A stretch of DNA of 64,000 bases from Eledone cirrhosa (GCA_964016885.1 OZ024746.1:67580001-67644000); one strand, 5' to 3'; positions 14,255-28,824 are shown, counted from the stretch's first letter. The notes: generated from the letters alone by a model not told the origin. Numbers and translations are program-made.

Positions 14255-17200
14255 ATGACCTCACTCAGAATAGGCAGCATAAATGCGCGTGGCTTGGGGT
14301 CGTCATGGAAGCAGGGCCACCTGCTCAACGACATCAGGTCACTAAACATAGATGTAGTGGCCATCAGCGAGACCAGAATCTCCGAAGCACAGGCTTTCGC
14401 ACCGATCTTCGGCGGCTACGATGTGTACGCATCTCCCAGCCGTCCGGGATCGGGGGGAGGAGTTGCTGTGCTTTTTCGGAGAGGTTTGGATCTTGCCATA
14501 CGGGCCATCTTCCTGGACCCAGAAGGTAAGTTGGTGGTGCTGGACGTGACCAGCGGAGACGGGCAAGCTTTCAGGTTAGTGGCCGTCTATGCCCCGACAG
14601 GAGCAGGGCGGCCTGATTTCTTCCGGCGTCTGGAGACCTTTCTTGGAACGTCCCGCTCTTTAGTGTTAGTGGGCGACTGGAACGGGATCTTAGATGCACG
14701 CTGGGATTGTGTGGGATTAGTGGATAGGGAAGGAGGGTGCAAGAGTCTCACCAACCTGCTCAGACGTTTTGAACTGTCTGAGAGGTACCGAATGGATTTC
14801 CCGAATGTACCAATGTGGACTTGGACAAATCGCATAGGGTCATCCAGATCATATCTAGATAGAGTATTTTGTAGGGAAATAGATAGGTCTAGCATAGGCT
14901 GTCCACAATTCAAGATAGTCAGCTACACGGACCACAAATTCGTGATCTGTGTGCTTGACTTAGATAGGCTTCATAGACGAGGACCCGGCTACTGGAAGTT
15001 AAACGCGTCCTTACCAGCGCGCAAGGCCTATAGAGACCGGATTAGCGAACTAGTTAAGCGGGCGTTGACGGGGGCCATCGTCAACAACAAGTGGTGGTTT
15101 GCTCTGAAAAGAGCAATTAGAATAGAGTCCATTAGGTTTAGTAAGACTTTAGCAATAGAGAAAAATAGAGCAGAGGGAGAATTAGTTAGAAAATTAGATG
15201 AGGCGCTTAGCAAAGGCATCGCGACCGACGTACTTGCGGCGAAATTGGCCCTTGACCAATTCTTCAATGCAAAGCACGAAGGCTGCGTTGTCAGAGCTAG
15301 GGTGCGTGCTCTCAGACACGAGGGGACGAAAGCCGTTCAATGGGCCCGAGTGGCGGAGGCGCGTCGTGGCAACAAAGCCACGATCCGGTCTTTGGTGGAC
15401 CACGACGGGCGCATGCTACTCGATCCCGGGCAAATGTGTGAAGCTTTTCAGCGACACTTCGCTCAACTGTTCGGGGGCAGTGGCGGGCCGGATCGAGGGA
15501 TGGACTTTAGTGTCTACCTCGACGGACTGCCGCGGCTTTCGGCCACTGAGGCGGAGTGTTGCGAAAAGCCGATAACAACCGCTGAAGTACGGGATGCAAT
15601 GACTAGTTGCACAAGGGGTAAATCGCCTGGTTTGGATGGTCTGCCCTATGAACTTTACGTACAAATGCCAAACTTGTTCGGAGGCCTCTTGGCGGACGTC
15701 TACTGCAACTGGCAACAGAACGGGAGAATTCCCAGCTCTGTGAGCCGAGGAGCGGTGGCGCTGCTGAGAAAGGATCAGAACAAGGGGGATAACATAGATA
15801 ATTTTAGGCCCATAACTCTGCTAAACACAGAGTTCAAGATTTTGGCCAAGGTGCTAGCAAAGAGGTTGGCACTTGTCGTTGGTGGTCTGGTGGGAGAGGC
15901 ACAGACATGCGCCATTCCCGACAGATCCATCCACGACAACCTCCACCTCATGCGATACATCGTAGAGAGGGTAGCTAGGGAACCTGGCACGGGTGGGTCT
16001 TTGATCAATTTAGATCAGTCGAAAGCCTTCGATAGGGTCGACCATCGTTACCTAGCGGCAGTCCTGAGGGCGGCTGGCTTTGGGCCCGTCTTCAGAGGCT
16101 GGATCGCTGCCATGCACAGCGACATCTGCTCTGTAGTGAGAGTGAACGGTCACCTTTCGGAACCGTTCAACATCATGCGCTCGGTCCGCCAAGGATGTCC
16201 CCTCTCGTCCCTATTGTACGTATTGACTCTCGAGCCATTACTGCACAAACTGGAGACGTTGAGGGGGTCCCGCGCGAACTAGGATGCGGAAGATCCGTGT
16301 CAGCATATGCCGACGATGTCACCGTAGTGGTGTCGAACGCCAAACACATCGAGGCGATCGGCACTACACTAAGAGAATACGAAGCGGTGACAGGAGCAAT
16401 GATCAACCAGGAAAAGTCAGTGGGCCTGCAGCTCGGCACCTGGAGAGGCAGGTCCATGCCGTCCAACAGCGTCGTCGGGCGCTGGACGGACGGACCGGTT
16501 AAATTGCTAGGGGTCTGGTTCGGTCCAGACCTCCAGACGGACAAAAACTGGGACGAGGTGACGAGCAGGGTGGCTTCTCTCACCCAGAAATGGGCCGAGA
16601 GGAAGCTATCCCTGAAAGGTCGAGCGGAGGTGGCGAATGCGTACATCGCATCCGTCATCTACTACCGCCTGACCGTCGTACCTTGTCCTAAGCCCCGCCT
16701 GACTGCGTTGGAGCGTTTGCTCTTTCGCTTCTTGTGGAAGGGACGCGCTCCGATGGTCAGGCGGTCCATCTGCTGTCAACACCCGCTACGTGGAGGGCTG
16801 GGCATGCCGTGGCTGATGATGCGCAGACACGCGCTCAGGATACGACATCTCCACCTCTTCCTCGACAGTGATCAGGTGTGGTTGCCGTTTGCAAGACGCG
16901 TTTTTCCCCAGCTCGTCTCCTTGACGGAGCTGCAGTCCTGGGTCAAGCGAAGACCGAGAGGGAGCGCTTGGAGACTGGAATGTCTTCAGGCGCTCACAGC
17001 CCTCGACCAATCGGGCAATGTGATCGGTGGAAACTCCACCTTGGCGTTCTATAGGGGATTAGTGGAGGGGAAGAGCGACGACGTACTTGGAGAAACTCTA
17101 GGCGTCGACGAAAATCAACTAGCCAATCTCTTCGGAAGGACTTTCGGGCCGGGGCCTATGGACAACTTCCAGAAATCCCTGGCCTGGCAGTGCTACCGAG

Positions 17201-17673
17201 GAGCTTTGCCAGTTCGGGATAAACTCTACAGGCATGGAGGTGCCGTCAGCCGGGCATGTCCGAGATGCGCGCAGGGCGACGAAACCGTCCTGCACGCACT
17301 CGTCCAGTGTCCGAGCATTGCTGACTTGTGGGTTTATGTCGAACACCTGCTGTCACGTGTAGGACGGATCCAGCTATCAGCTGAGTCCATCGTGAGGATT
17401 GCCCCGCCCCCTTCCTTTAGCCTGGAAGGGCAGGCAGTTTTTATCTGTCTGGTGGCCATGGCGAAAGAGATAGTATGGTGGACACGTTTGAAAGGGCTGA
17501 AGACGAGCACTTACCTCTTCGGTGATGCCCTGATTAACTTTTTCAAATTTCATTTGAAAAGGAAAATCAGGGTAGAGAGGGAAGTGCTCTCTTCCCAGCA
17601 TTTTGTTGAAAGATGGGTGAGAGAAGCAAGTATGGCCCGAATGAATGGGCCTTCTCTGAGTATGTGTCTGTAA
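14255..17673 (+). CDS. Tx1 ORF2: APE endonuclease + reverse transcriptase + C-terminal Cys motif, one frameshift at about 16265
   Basis: SINARGL, SETR, GDWN, YLDR, TDH (APE); PGLDG, FRPITLLN, DQSKAFDRV, RQGCPLS, YADD (RT); CPRC..ETVLHALVQC. Confidence 0.92.
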
Positions 17674-17944
17674 ATTAAAGGTGGAAAACTGGGAGAGGGC
17701 ACTTGCCCTGGTGGTCAGGGCCACTGTGGTCTTTTAATGGGCTTTCTCCACAAATGTCCCTTGGAAGTCTCCCCCCTATTGGGGAATTTTTCTTTGTTAT
17801 TTTATTTCAACCTCTGTTTTTTTACACGCAGAAATGCCCATTTGTACCGTCCTGTATTGTCCTGTACTGTCCTTAATGTCTACTTTATGTGAACCCTTGT
17901 GGTTAATAAAGAAAACATTATTATTATTATTGTTGTTGTTATTC

Positions 17945-18272
17945 CTTGAATCTCAGTCATTGATGTTGGTTAACTGGAAAGTCCGTTGGATTGAATATCA
18001 AGCCACTACCTGCAGCCTCAGATATTCAGGACGTATCGGAGGGTTCTTGCTGTTCCAAGCAAGCATGCCTTTTGAAGCGTTCCAAAAAGCGTGAAGGGGC
18101 CGATTTTCTTTAACCATCCCTGGAAACTTTTGGAGATAGTCCCCAGTGCGCCTATGACAATCGGGATCACTTTGACTTCATGGCAGTTCCAAATTCTTTT
18201 CACCTCCCACTTTAGGTCCTGCTATCGGTTAATTTTCTCCCTCTCCTTCTCTTGCACTCTCGTGTCGAACGG
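17945..18272 (-). pseudogene. R4/Dong-like LINE 3' fragment
   Basis: PFDTRVQEKEREKINR..KVIPIVIGALGTISK..LQKACLLGTARTLRYVL. Confidence 0.8.
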
Positions 18273-18274
18273 GC

Positions 18275-18306
<32 letters not shown>

Positions 18307-18307
<1 letters not shown>

Positions 18308-18431
18308 GGTCTGAGTTCAAATCCCGCCGAGGTTTACTTTGCCTTTCATCCTTATGGGGTCGATAAAATAAAGTACCAGTAATGCACTGGGTAATAACTG
18401 GCCTTGTGCCTAAAGTAGAAACAATTATTAT
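18307..18431 (+). mobile_element. 5'-truncated SINE family A in (TTA)n
   Basis: tctgagttcaaatcccgccgaggtttactttgcctttcatcc..ggccttgtgcctaaagtagaaacaattatt. Confidence 0.8.
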
Positions 18432-18439
18432 TATTGTAC

Positions 18440-18945
18440 TTTGAGTCTCAGTCATTAATGTTATTTAACTGGAAAGTTTGTTGAAATGAATATCAATCCG
18501 CTACCTGCAGCCTCAGATATTCAGGGCGTATCGCAGGGTTCTTGCTGTTCTCAGCAAGCATGCCTTTTTAAGTGTTCCAAAAAAACGGGGCTGGACGAAT
18601 CTTTTTTAACCATCCTTGAAAACACTTTGAGATAGTACCTAGTGCTCCTATGACAATCGAGACGACTTTGATCTCATGACAGTTCAAAATCCTTTTTAAC
18701 TCCCACTTTAAATCCTGGTATCGGTTAATTTTCTCCCTCTCCTTCGCTTGCACTCTCGTGTCAAATGGGCAGGCTACATCTACAATCAGGCACCATCTTT
18801 TGTCCTTGTCAAAAAACCACTAGGTCAGACCTGTTGTGTTCTAATTTCTTGTCCGTCTGTATCATAAAATCCCATAGCACCTTCACTTGATCGATTTCTA
18901 TCACCGACTCTGGCTTATGCTCATACCACTTCTCAGAATGTGGTA
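18440..18945 (-). pseudogene. Second, longer R4/Dong-like LINE 3' fragment
   Basis: WYEHKPESV..VLWDFMIQTDKKLEHNRSDLVV..EKINRYQDLKWEL..IVIGALG; paralogous to 17945-18272. Confidence 0.85.
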
Positions 18946-19739
18946 AATTGTTTAGAGCTATATTTTTGATAGGGTATAGTGTTGTGAACTCTGGTAGAGA
19001 TTCTATATTTTTATTCATATTTTTTTAATTTGCAGGATCAGAATTTATCATTCCGATTATTATTTGTACAGTTTTTACCTTGATACTCCTCATCTTGTGT
19101 ATTTTCATTTTAAAGATCCTCTTATTTTGACAATTTCCAAATTCTTCTCGGGAAATATTTTGATTAGAAAGGATTTCCATGGCTATCGTTATGCATGCTT
19201 CCTTTCTTTTTCTGTTATGCCTGGGTAGTTTGATTTCTTTTTTATTTTGGACGGGCATAACCAAGATGATTGAGGACAAGAATTGCTAAATAACATCAAT
19301 CTGTAACAACTCAAAACTTGCCAATAGTCCTCTGAGGCAAATCCACCCTCACAAAGGCTGCTATCTACACCACCAGGTAGCAATAATGCCAAAATCACTA
19401 TGGCAGTGGAGATACAAGACAATTGTATAATTAACCTAAGAACACTGCTCGCAGACGAATAAATGCCATCTCAATTATAGCAGACGATAAGGCGGATTCA
19501 GGGGACTTGTTACCATCTCGTGTTACAATAACAGATATAAAACCACAGCATCTGAAAATTCGAGTTGTTCAGCCGCTGTATTTCCAATTCTCCTTATTAT
19601 TTGATCGAATCTGAAACCGGTTGATAAATCAAAAACTCCGAATATTAAAAAAGATATGTGCTGATTACATTCCTTTTATGTTTGTACCCAAACTTGCATA
19701 TACATAATTATGTATATATAGACGTTCTTTTTGCTGTGG

Positions 19740-21530
19740 CGAAATGCATGGAAATGATCAGCGATGCGATTTAGTGTTCCGAGGAGTTGACACTGAGGAA
19801 CTGGGCCTCCTCTTTAGACTTACCTGTGACAGAGAATATCTAGATGAATACAACCTTAGCTGTTTCTGCCCCAGTAGACCTGTAAGATGTAGACATCCCA
19901 CTATCACCTCAATGGCCAAAACAGACCCTATGGAAAGATGGAATAGGTGGACCAGATCCATACAGACCCTCAGACATGCGGTGGGAGTGGCTATTAAAAC
20001 TACCGTTAACGGCAATGTGTTTAAGTTCAATAATAAAATATTCGCTCAAGAAGAGGGAGCGGCCATCGGTTTCAGCATCGTTGGCGATGTGGTTAATCTG
20101 TTCTTTGTGTGGTTGGACATGAGAGTACTCATGAATTGGATCTAGAAGCTAGCAGCAGGGAGAGCATCCAGTAAATAGGTAACTCCATCCACTAGAGAAT
20201 TAAAGCAACAGTAGACCACCCAACTAATCCCACAACCATCGACTACACGGTAACAGTAGACCACCCCACTAAGCCCACAACCATCGACTACACGGTAACA
20301 GTAGACCACCCCACTAAGCCCACAACCATCGACTACACGGTAACAGTAGACCACCCTACTAAGCATCCCAACCATCAACTACACGTGTTAGATACAGAAC
20401 TAAGAGCGTAAAGTCCAAATCTTCCATTCACATTATACCAAAGCCATGGCCTCCAAATACCACACGAACTAAGCTATATCAATATCTTGATAGCGGACCA
20501 AATAAGGGTGATGGGAAATGTGTCCCGCAACATAGTTAAAAAGACATATACAGCACTTCATCCACCGCATGCAGTTCTCTGGTTATAACCAAAGAGGATC
20601 AGAATGTGCAAAAGACCCATGCCTAAATTCAAAACCAATATGGAGAAGGATACTAATGTGATTTGCCTATTATACAGGAACACACCATGGAATAGCATAG
20701 AAAAGACTAAGAAAAAGTAAGGAAAATTAACTCATGGTATGACAGCCAAAAATACCAGTGTCATGTTCGTCTATACTACCCCTAGAGGCAAACTAGTCTA
20801 TCCTTTTAAAGAGCTTTCGACAACATAAAATCCTGGATCAATAGGAAACCCCCATGTACTGACAGAACCTGTATAGTCTTTAAGATAAGCCCGCAGGTAA
20901 ACTGCGAAACTAGAAATGTAGCCTATAGGATAAGATATACAGAGGGAAGGTGTAGCAGCAAGATAATGACATACATAAGAGAGACAGCCCAAAGCATAGG
21001 GGGAACTTAAGGAGAAGAAATGTTCATTAGTGCTATACCACCAACATGCCAAACTGGGACACAGTGCCTCATTATATAACATAGAAGTAAACATCCTATC
21101 CATACGTAGAACTGTCGCAACACTCACATATAACAGAAGGTAGATCTAGCCTGAACATAAAACATGAGTAGAATAGTAACAGCCCGCAACTTGACGACTG
21201 AAGACAAAATATGGGAAAAAGACACATAAAACACACACATAAAACACACATAGACATGAAAAACACAACAAACACACACATACAAAAGGGTAGGCACAAA
21301 CGTATGCCCAGACACGAATCAAGAAATACGCACCACCGACAATATACAAAGTATGGAGGTAAAAAGAGGGGGCATAAAACATATTCATTGAGGAGGTCAC
21401 AGAATGTGTGACGAAAGAACTTTGGCAAAGGAATGAATAACGAGCAATAAAGATAAAGTGGAAATTATACGGTGCGTATGTTTCTTTCTATTGGCAACAG
21501 GGCCATCGGCAACTGTAACAATATAGAAAC
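19740..21530 (+). mobile_element. Old degenerate Penelope-like element
   Basis: NVFKFNNKIFAQEEGAAIG (PLE RT motif), VLDTE..HYTKAMASKY thumb-like segment, many stops; hammerhead remnant at about 21385-21425. Confidence 0.6.
20207..20385 (+). repeat. 45-bp minisatellite x4 inside the PLE
   Basis: Unit aacagtagaccaccccactaagcccacaaccatcgactacacggt. Confidence 0.9.
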
Positions 21531-21549
21531 CTATATATATATATATATG

Positions 21550-21656
<107 letters not shown>

Positions 21657-21668
21657 TTACATATATAC

Positions 21669-21756
<88 letters not shown>

Positions 21757-21762
<6 letters not shown>

Positions 21763-22032
21763 ATACTTTGGGAGGGTCATGTTGCCAATAAGAAACACAC
21801 ACACCAATTGCTTTCACTTCAATTTATTATAATAAATTTATAAATTAATAAATTTCTGGTTGGTTGGTTGGTTCCACAACCAGATAGTTGTTTATATATT
21901 GTCATAGTTCTTTCGTCACACACTCTGTGACTTCTTCACATACACATAAACGCACACTCACATAGGCCATTTTGTATAACAATATCGGTTTCAACACACG
22001 ATTTCAGATAAAGAATCTTGCTAAACAAATTC
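21757..22032 (-). mobile_element. Inverted PLE pLTR fragment
   Basis: Diverged reverse complement of 21390-21520 (gtcaca..tgtgacgaaagaact; ttggcaac); also related to 7705-7790. Confidence 0.55.
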
Positions 22033-22078
22033 AGAAACGAAATATATATATATATATATGAATAAAAATAGACCGAGA

Positions 22079-22153
<75 letters not shown>

Positions 22154-22164
22154 TATATATATAG

Positions 22165-22271
<107 letters not shown>

Positions 22272-22283
22272 TATATATATATT

Positions 22284-22341
<58 letters not shown>

Positions 22342-22746
22342 ATGTCTTTAAAAACATATATATGTATCGAAAAAATCTACAAATGTAATGTATAAAGCTT
22401 AATAAAGACACAAACACTGCATTATTGAGTATTTGGTCTTTTTATTTCTAAATGTAGTCTTCTCGAACTTTTTCGAGAACTGTCTTTGTGTGTGTATGTA
22501 TGTGAGGGAGAGAGTGTGGCTATGTGCGTGTGTTTGTGTGTTTGTGTGTAAAGGGGAGAGTGAGAGTCTGTGTTTGTGTGTGTGTGTTCGTGTTTGTAAG
22601 TGTGTGTGTAACTTTGTGAGTTAATATTTATAGGTATATATTATATATGAATACAATGACGATTGTTTATCAACGTATAACATCTATAAATATATAAACC
22701 CCTACCATCATCACCGACATAACACACACAATCTCTCTCTCTCTCA

Positions 22747-22821
<75 letters not shown>

Positions 22822-23565
22822 TCTCTCTCTCTCTCTAATATTAAAGATACTATTTTCGTTGAAAGGGACTGCAGCCATTTTTGTTGTTGATGTCGGCCTT
22901 GGTTCTTCTTGTCTGTAATATATCTACCATCCGACAAACATATACATTTCTCTATTACCGCTGTGTATTGCCTTCTTAAATAATTACCTTCTTCGAATAT
23001 CATAATATATACGCTCTCAAATAACTTGGCATCCAGGTTAGCTTCAGAAATCGATTTAACCATTAATTATCGGTTGGGAAAAAAAGACTTATTGAGTAAA
23101 AATGTCAAATAGCTTTTAAATCAGTGTGTTTGTTTTGTTTTTTTCGTAATATATCAGCTGATAAATATAAATACTAACAACCTATATCAAGTATCAAACT
23201 ACTAACCATAAACAATCTCATATGTGTCGGTGTACGCGCGCATATGAATGAGTGTGTATGTGAATTCTATGCTTGCGTGTATGTACGTATATATTCACAT
23301 TTGTATGTCTGTATCACTTGCGTTAATATGTGTCCGCTTATTAGTGTAGATATCTGAGGAAGAAGTATTTGACAATTTATTTTAGCTAACGATATATATG
23401 CACTGAAGTGTGTATTAGAAATGGTGGTTTACACATACACATAAACGCACACTCACATATGCATGTGCATATATATATATGATATTATATATATGCAAAA
23501 GTTCTATTTAAATTGTTGGGATAAACAAGCAAATATTTTTATAACTGATATAAGGCACTCAACAA

Positions 23566-23605
<40 letters not shown>

Positions 23606-23790
23606 CATACATCTATGTCTAAACACACACATACTGTATGATATATATATGAGAAAAACCACAGACCCTCCATCTCAACTCTACTTTTGAAAATGAGAAA
23701 GAACTGCGAAACAGGTAAGGGAACCAAATAAATATATATATATTTTTTTTTAAATAAGACTCCAGTTGCATTTTCGATTCATCTTTTTTT

Positions 23791-23850
<60 letters not shown>

Positions 23851-23926
23851 TAATAAATTTGAAGACTAAAATCCAAAGAGAGCTCGATAAGGATAAATAT
23901 ATATCAAATATATAAGAACCGTAGAG

Positions 23927-24161
<235 letters not shown>

Positions 24162-24192
24162 GTGTATATATATATATATATACATATGTATG

Positions 24193-24292
<100 letters not shown>

Positions 24293-24345
24293 CATATATA
24301 TATATATACATATATATATATTTAACCCGGAATAACGTATATATA

Positions 24346-24797
<452 letters not shown>

Positions 24798-24820
24798 TAC
24801 ATATATATAGATATATATAT

Positions 24821-24928
<108 letters not shown>

Positions 24929-24930
24929 CC

Positions 24931-24962
<32 letters not shown>

Positions 24963-24963
<1 letters not shown>

Positions 24964-25150
24964 CGTTATTCCGGGTTGAATATATATTTTTTGGATACTA
25001 TTATTTTTGGATACCCAGATTCCTGATGATTTCTAAAGAATGAAACAGTTCTAGTCCTGTAGAATCTCATATATATTAAAACTTTTATACTCTGGTATGT
25101 ATTGAGTACCTTACTTACTGTGGTTACCTCCGATTCAACCCGGAATAACG

Positions 25151-25151
<1 letters not shown>
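24963..25151 (+). mobile_element. 189-bp hammerhead-bearing mini-element with 19-bp inverted ends
   Basis: acgttattccgggttgaat ... attcaacccggaataacgt, embedded in (TA)n. Confidence 0.75.
25017..25067 (+). ncRNA. Type I hammerhead ribozyme
   Basis: agattc-CTGATGA-t ttct aa agaa t-GAA-acag ttctagtc ctGT-A-gaatct; all three stems pair, GUA cleavage triplet. Confidence 0.85.
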
Positions 25152-25189
<38 letters not shown>

Positions 25190-25251
25190 GTATATATATG
25201 TATATATATATATGTATATATATATATGTATATATATGTATATATATATAC

Positions 25252-25286
<35 letters not shown>

Positions 25287-25339
25287 AATATATATATATA
25301 TACATACATATATATATACACATATATATACATATATAT

Positions 25340-25550
25340 ATAGAAAAGGGAATATATAGTAAAGGGAATTCATTAAAAGGTAATTCTTTAAAGTTCTACT
25401 TAGAGTGACAAAGGCCAAAAGAATTCTATAGACCAGTTCAAAATATTGGGTGCCTATCATATCATTATCTTCAAATTTCTCTTAAGCTATATTCCAGGTC
25501 TCAACAGACACACTCATAAACACACACTCACACGCACATATACGTATATA

Positions 25551-25592
<42 letters not shown>

Positions 25593-25673
25593 TATATATA
25601 TATATACACATACATATATACATACATATACACATACATATATACATACATACACACATATACACATATATAC

Positions 25674-25746
<73 letters not shown>

Positions 25747-25757
25747 CACATACCCAC

Positions 25758-25839
<82 letters not shown>

Positions 25840-26000
25840 GACGTAAAATAAGAAAATTTTAAAAATTAAAAATTGACACGTACACATGTATATATATTTA
25901 TATATATATATATGTGTGTGTACGTGTTAATTTTTAATTTTTAAAATTTTTTTGTTTTACGTCTTTCATATATATATATATATCTATGTATATATGTGTG

Positions 26001-26043
<43 letters not shown>

Positions 26044-26094
26044 ATATGTGTGTATGCATATATGTATGTGTATATGTATGTATATATGTATGTG

Positions 26095-26154
<60 letters not shown>

Positions 26155-26365
26155 CATATATACGTATATGTGCGTGTGAGTGTGTGTTTATGAGTGTGTC
26201 TGTTGAGACCTGGAATATAGCTTAGGAGAAATTTGAAGATAATGATATGATAGGCACCCAATATTTTGAACTGGTCTATAGAATTCTTTTGGCCTTTGTC
26301 ACTCTAAGTAGAACTTTAAAGAATTATCTTTTAATGAATTCCCTTTTCTATATATTCCCATTTCT
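25340..26365. repeat. About 1-kb foldback with microsatellite-containing arms
   Basis: 25340-25545 is the reverse complement of 26150-26365, and 25835-25885 of 25918-25968; further copies at 34893-35810. Confidence 0.85.
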
Positions 26366-26418
26366 ATATATATATGTATATATATGTGTATATATATATG
26401 TATGTATATATATATATT

Positions 26419-26452
<34 letters not shown>

Positions 26453-26465
26453 TGCATATATATAC

Positions 26466-26513
<48 letters not shown>

Positions 26514-26648
26514 AGTGTAATTTTCTACACAAAACGAAGGTTATAGAGAAAATTGAGGTTGGTAATGGCACATGGAATATATAAGAGACAGAATACTTTT
26601 TTGTGAAAAAACATAATTTTATAAGGTAAGGAAATAATAAAGGGTATA

Positions 26649-26698
26649 AAAAATGACCGGTTTCGATGGGTCTGCAAAAGCCATCTTTTCAAATGTTG
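26649..26698 (-). ncRNA. Variant (U3-A8) minimal hammerhead
   Basis: Reverse complement: TTGAAAA-gatgg..ccatc-GAAA-ccg-GTC. Confidence 0.65.
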
Positions 26699-27067
26699 AT
26701 TAATATTAAGAAAAATTAATAATACGAAGAGTTAAAATTTGAGATTTGAAAATTCAAGTATAAAATTCATTGTGGGATTTCATAGCAGTTTTCATCTAGG
26801 TAGCAACAACAGGTTGACTGCTGTGTCCCTTTCTGGTAGTGAATGAGAAGTTATTTGGGGTGTGGGTTATTTTATAAAGGTCAGATTTAGCAATCGCCAA
26901 CTGGCCAGCTGCTGGTCAGTGAGGGGGTGGAAGCAATATACATACACATATCTTCCTGTGGTGGGTAGGAGAGTGGAGCTTGATAGAAAGGGATTTAGTG
27001 CACTTACACCTATATATACACACATACCTTTATCCACACATACATACATATACATATACATATACAT

Positions 27068-27098
<31 letters not shown>

Positions 27099-27263
27099 CA
27101 CACATACATACACACATACATATACATACACACATACACACACACACATATATACACATACACACACATATATATATATACACACACACACACACATATA
27201 TATACATACACATACATCCAGATACACACATACATACACACACACACACATATATATATACGC

Positions 27264-27303
<40 letters not shown>

Positions 27304-27457
27304 CCACAAATACATACACACACACACACATATATATACATACACACATACAAACACACACACACACATATATATACACATACACACACATATACACACA
27401 CACACACACACGCTTATATATATATATATATACACATACGCATACATCCAGATACAC

Positions 27458-27492
<35 letters not shown>

Positions 27493-27891
27493 ATACATAC
27501 ATCCACATGCACACACATACACACACACACACATATACACATACATACACCCACACACAGAGAAATGGCCTCCAAATATATATATATATATATACATACA
27601 GACACATATTTTTTCCATAATATAAGAAGTTGGGACAGTGAAATTAAAATGCAAGTCATTCTGATCACATTGAGTTCTTCATGTAGATTGGGCCCCGCAA
27701 CCGACAGTGGTGAATTCTGTGTGCGCATATATATATAGATATATGTGTGTGCACGTGCAGGGTTTAACATGGATGTGTTGGTCACACAAAAGCATGGTCT
27801 GTCAACGAATAAACCTGATTCTACAGAATTGGTCTCTGGTCTTTAATAGTAGTGATTCCGTGCGTATGTGTGTTTATATTTTATGACAATT

Positions 27892-28824
27892 CTATTGGGG
27901 TGATAACCCGTTTAGTTTTGGTTTAAATTTGTTAAGGAATAGATTTTCTTTGTTTATTCTTTGTTGCTGTGTGAACGAATCTGAGCACTTGTAGAAGGGG
28001 AAGATTTTAAAGTTGGGTAGTGTCATTCCTGCGCAGTTCGCAATATGGCTGCTCAAGGGGATTTTTCTTGTGTTAGCGTCCCGGATTTGTTGGCGGTGGA
28101 TGGTCATTCTTTTGCGTAATGAGGTGCCCGTCTGTCCTATGTAGTTGTGTTTGCACCCACCGCAAGTTATTGCGTAAATCAAGTTCTCCGAGTTGCAGGT
28201 GAAATTGTTTTTTACTGTAAATGTTTGGCCATCTTTGAATGTAAATGTTTGTCCTTCAGTGAGGTAGAGGCACGTTCCACAGTTTGTTCTACCACATTTG
28301 GTAACTGTAGGGTTGAGGATTGGTTTGGGTATATTTGGTCCAGTGAGAATGCGTTTAAGTGATTTGGGTTGTCTTTTACTTTTAAGGATCTTGTGTGTTT
28401 CAAGAATAGACTTCATTTTTACATCTTTAAGTAGGATGGGGAGGTTTTTGTGTAGGTGATCAAACATTTCGGTATTTCTGGGGTTGAAAGTGGATACATA
28501 TGGCAGGGTGTTGAGTGTGGTTTTCTGTTTTGGATTGTTAAGTTGATGGGGATTTAGGTGTTTTGCCCTGTCTATTCCATTGTTGATTATTTCAAGTGGA
28601 AAGGCTCTTACGATAAGGGTGTCTTTTAGTTCCTTTAGTCTTTGCTCCCGTTTAGGTGGATCTGATACTATGGTACATATACGTTTGGCCAAATTGTAAG
28701 GAATGTTAAGTTTTGTATGTTTTGGGTGACATGATGTGAAAAAGAGGTATTGCTTGGAATCTGTGGGTTTATAGAATATATCTGTATCTAATTTCCCGTC
28801 TATTACAGAGATGAGAATATCCAA
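27892..28824 (-). pseudogene. PLE RT thumb + GIY-YIG endonuclease (5'-deleted, open frame)
   Basis: FYKPTD..CHPKH, CGRTNCGTC, LIYAITC..NYIGQT..RMTIH. Confidence 0.9.

Larger units (their letters stand above)
12031..17916 (+). mobile_element. Near full-length Tx1/L1-clade non-LTR retrotransposon
   Basis: 5'UTR, ORF1, ORF2 and 3'UTR with AATAAA at 17905; flanked on both sides by (TTA)n. Confidence 0.92.

Noticed and set aside
12325-17724. Antisense and alternate-frame ORFs within the Tx1 element
   Set aside because: They are shadow ORFs of GC-richer coding sequence with no recognisable motifs.
23683-23722. TTGAAAA...GAAACAGGTA hammerhead-like string
   Set aside because: Stem II does not pair; at best a decayed remnant.
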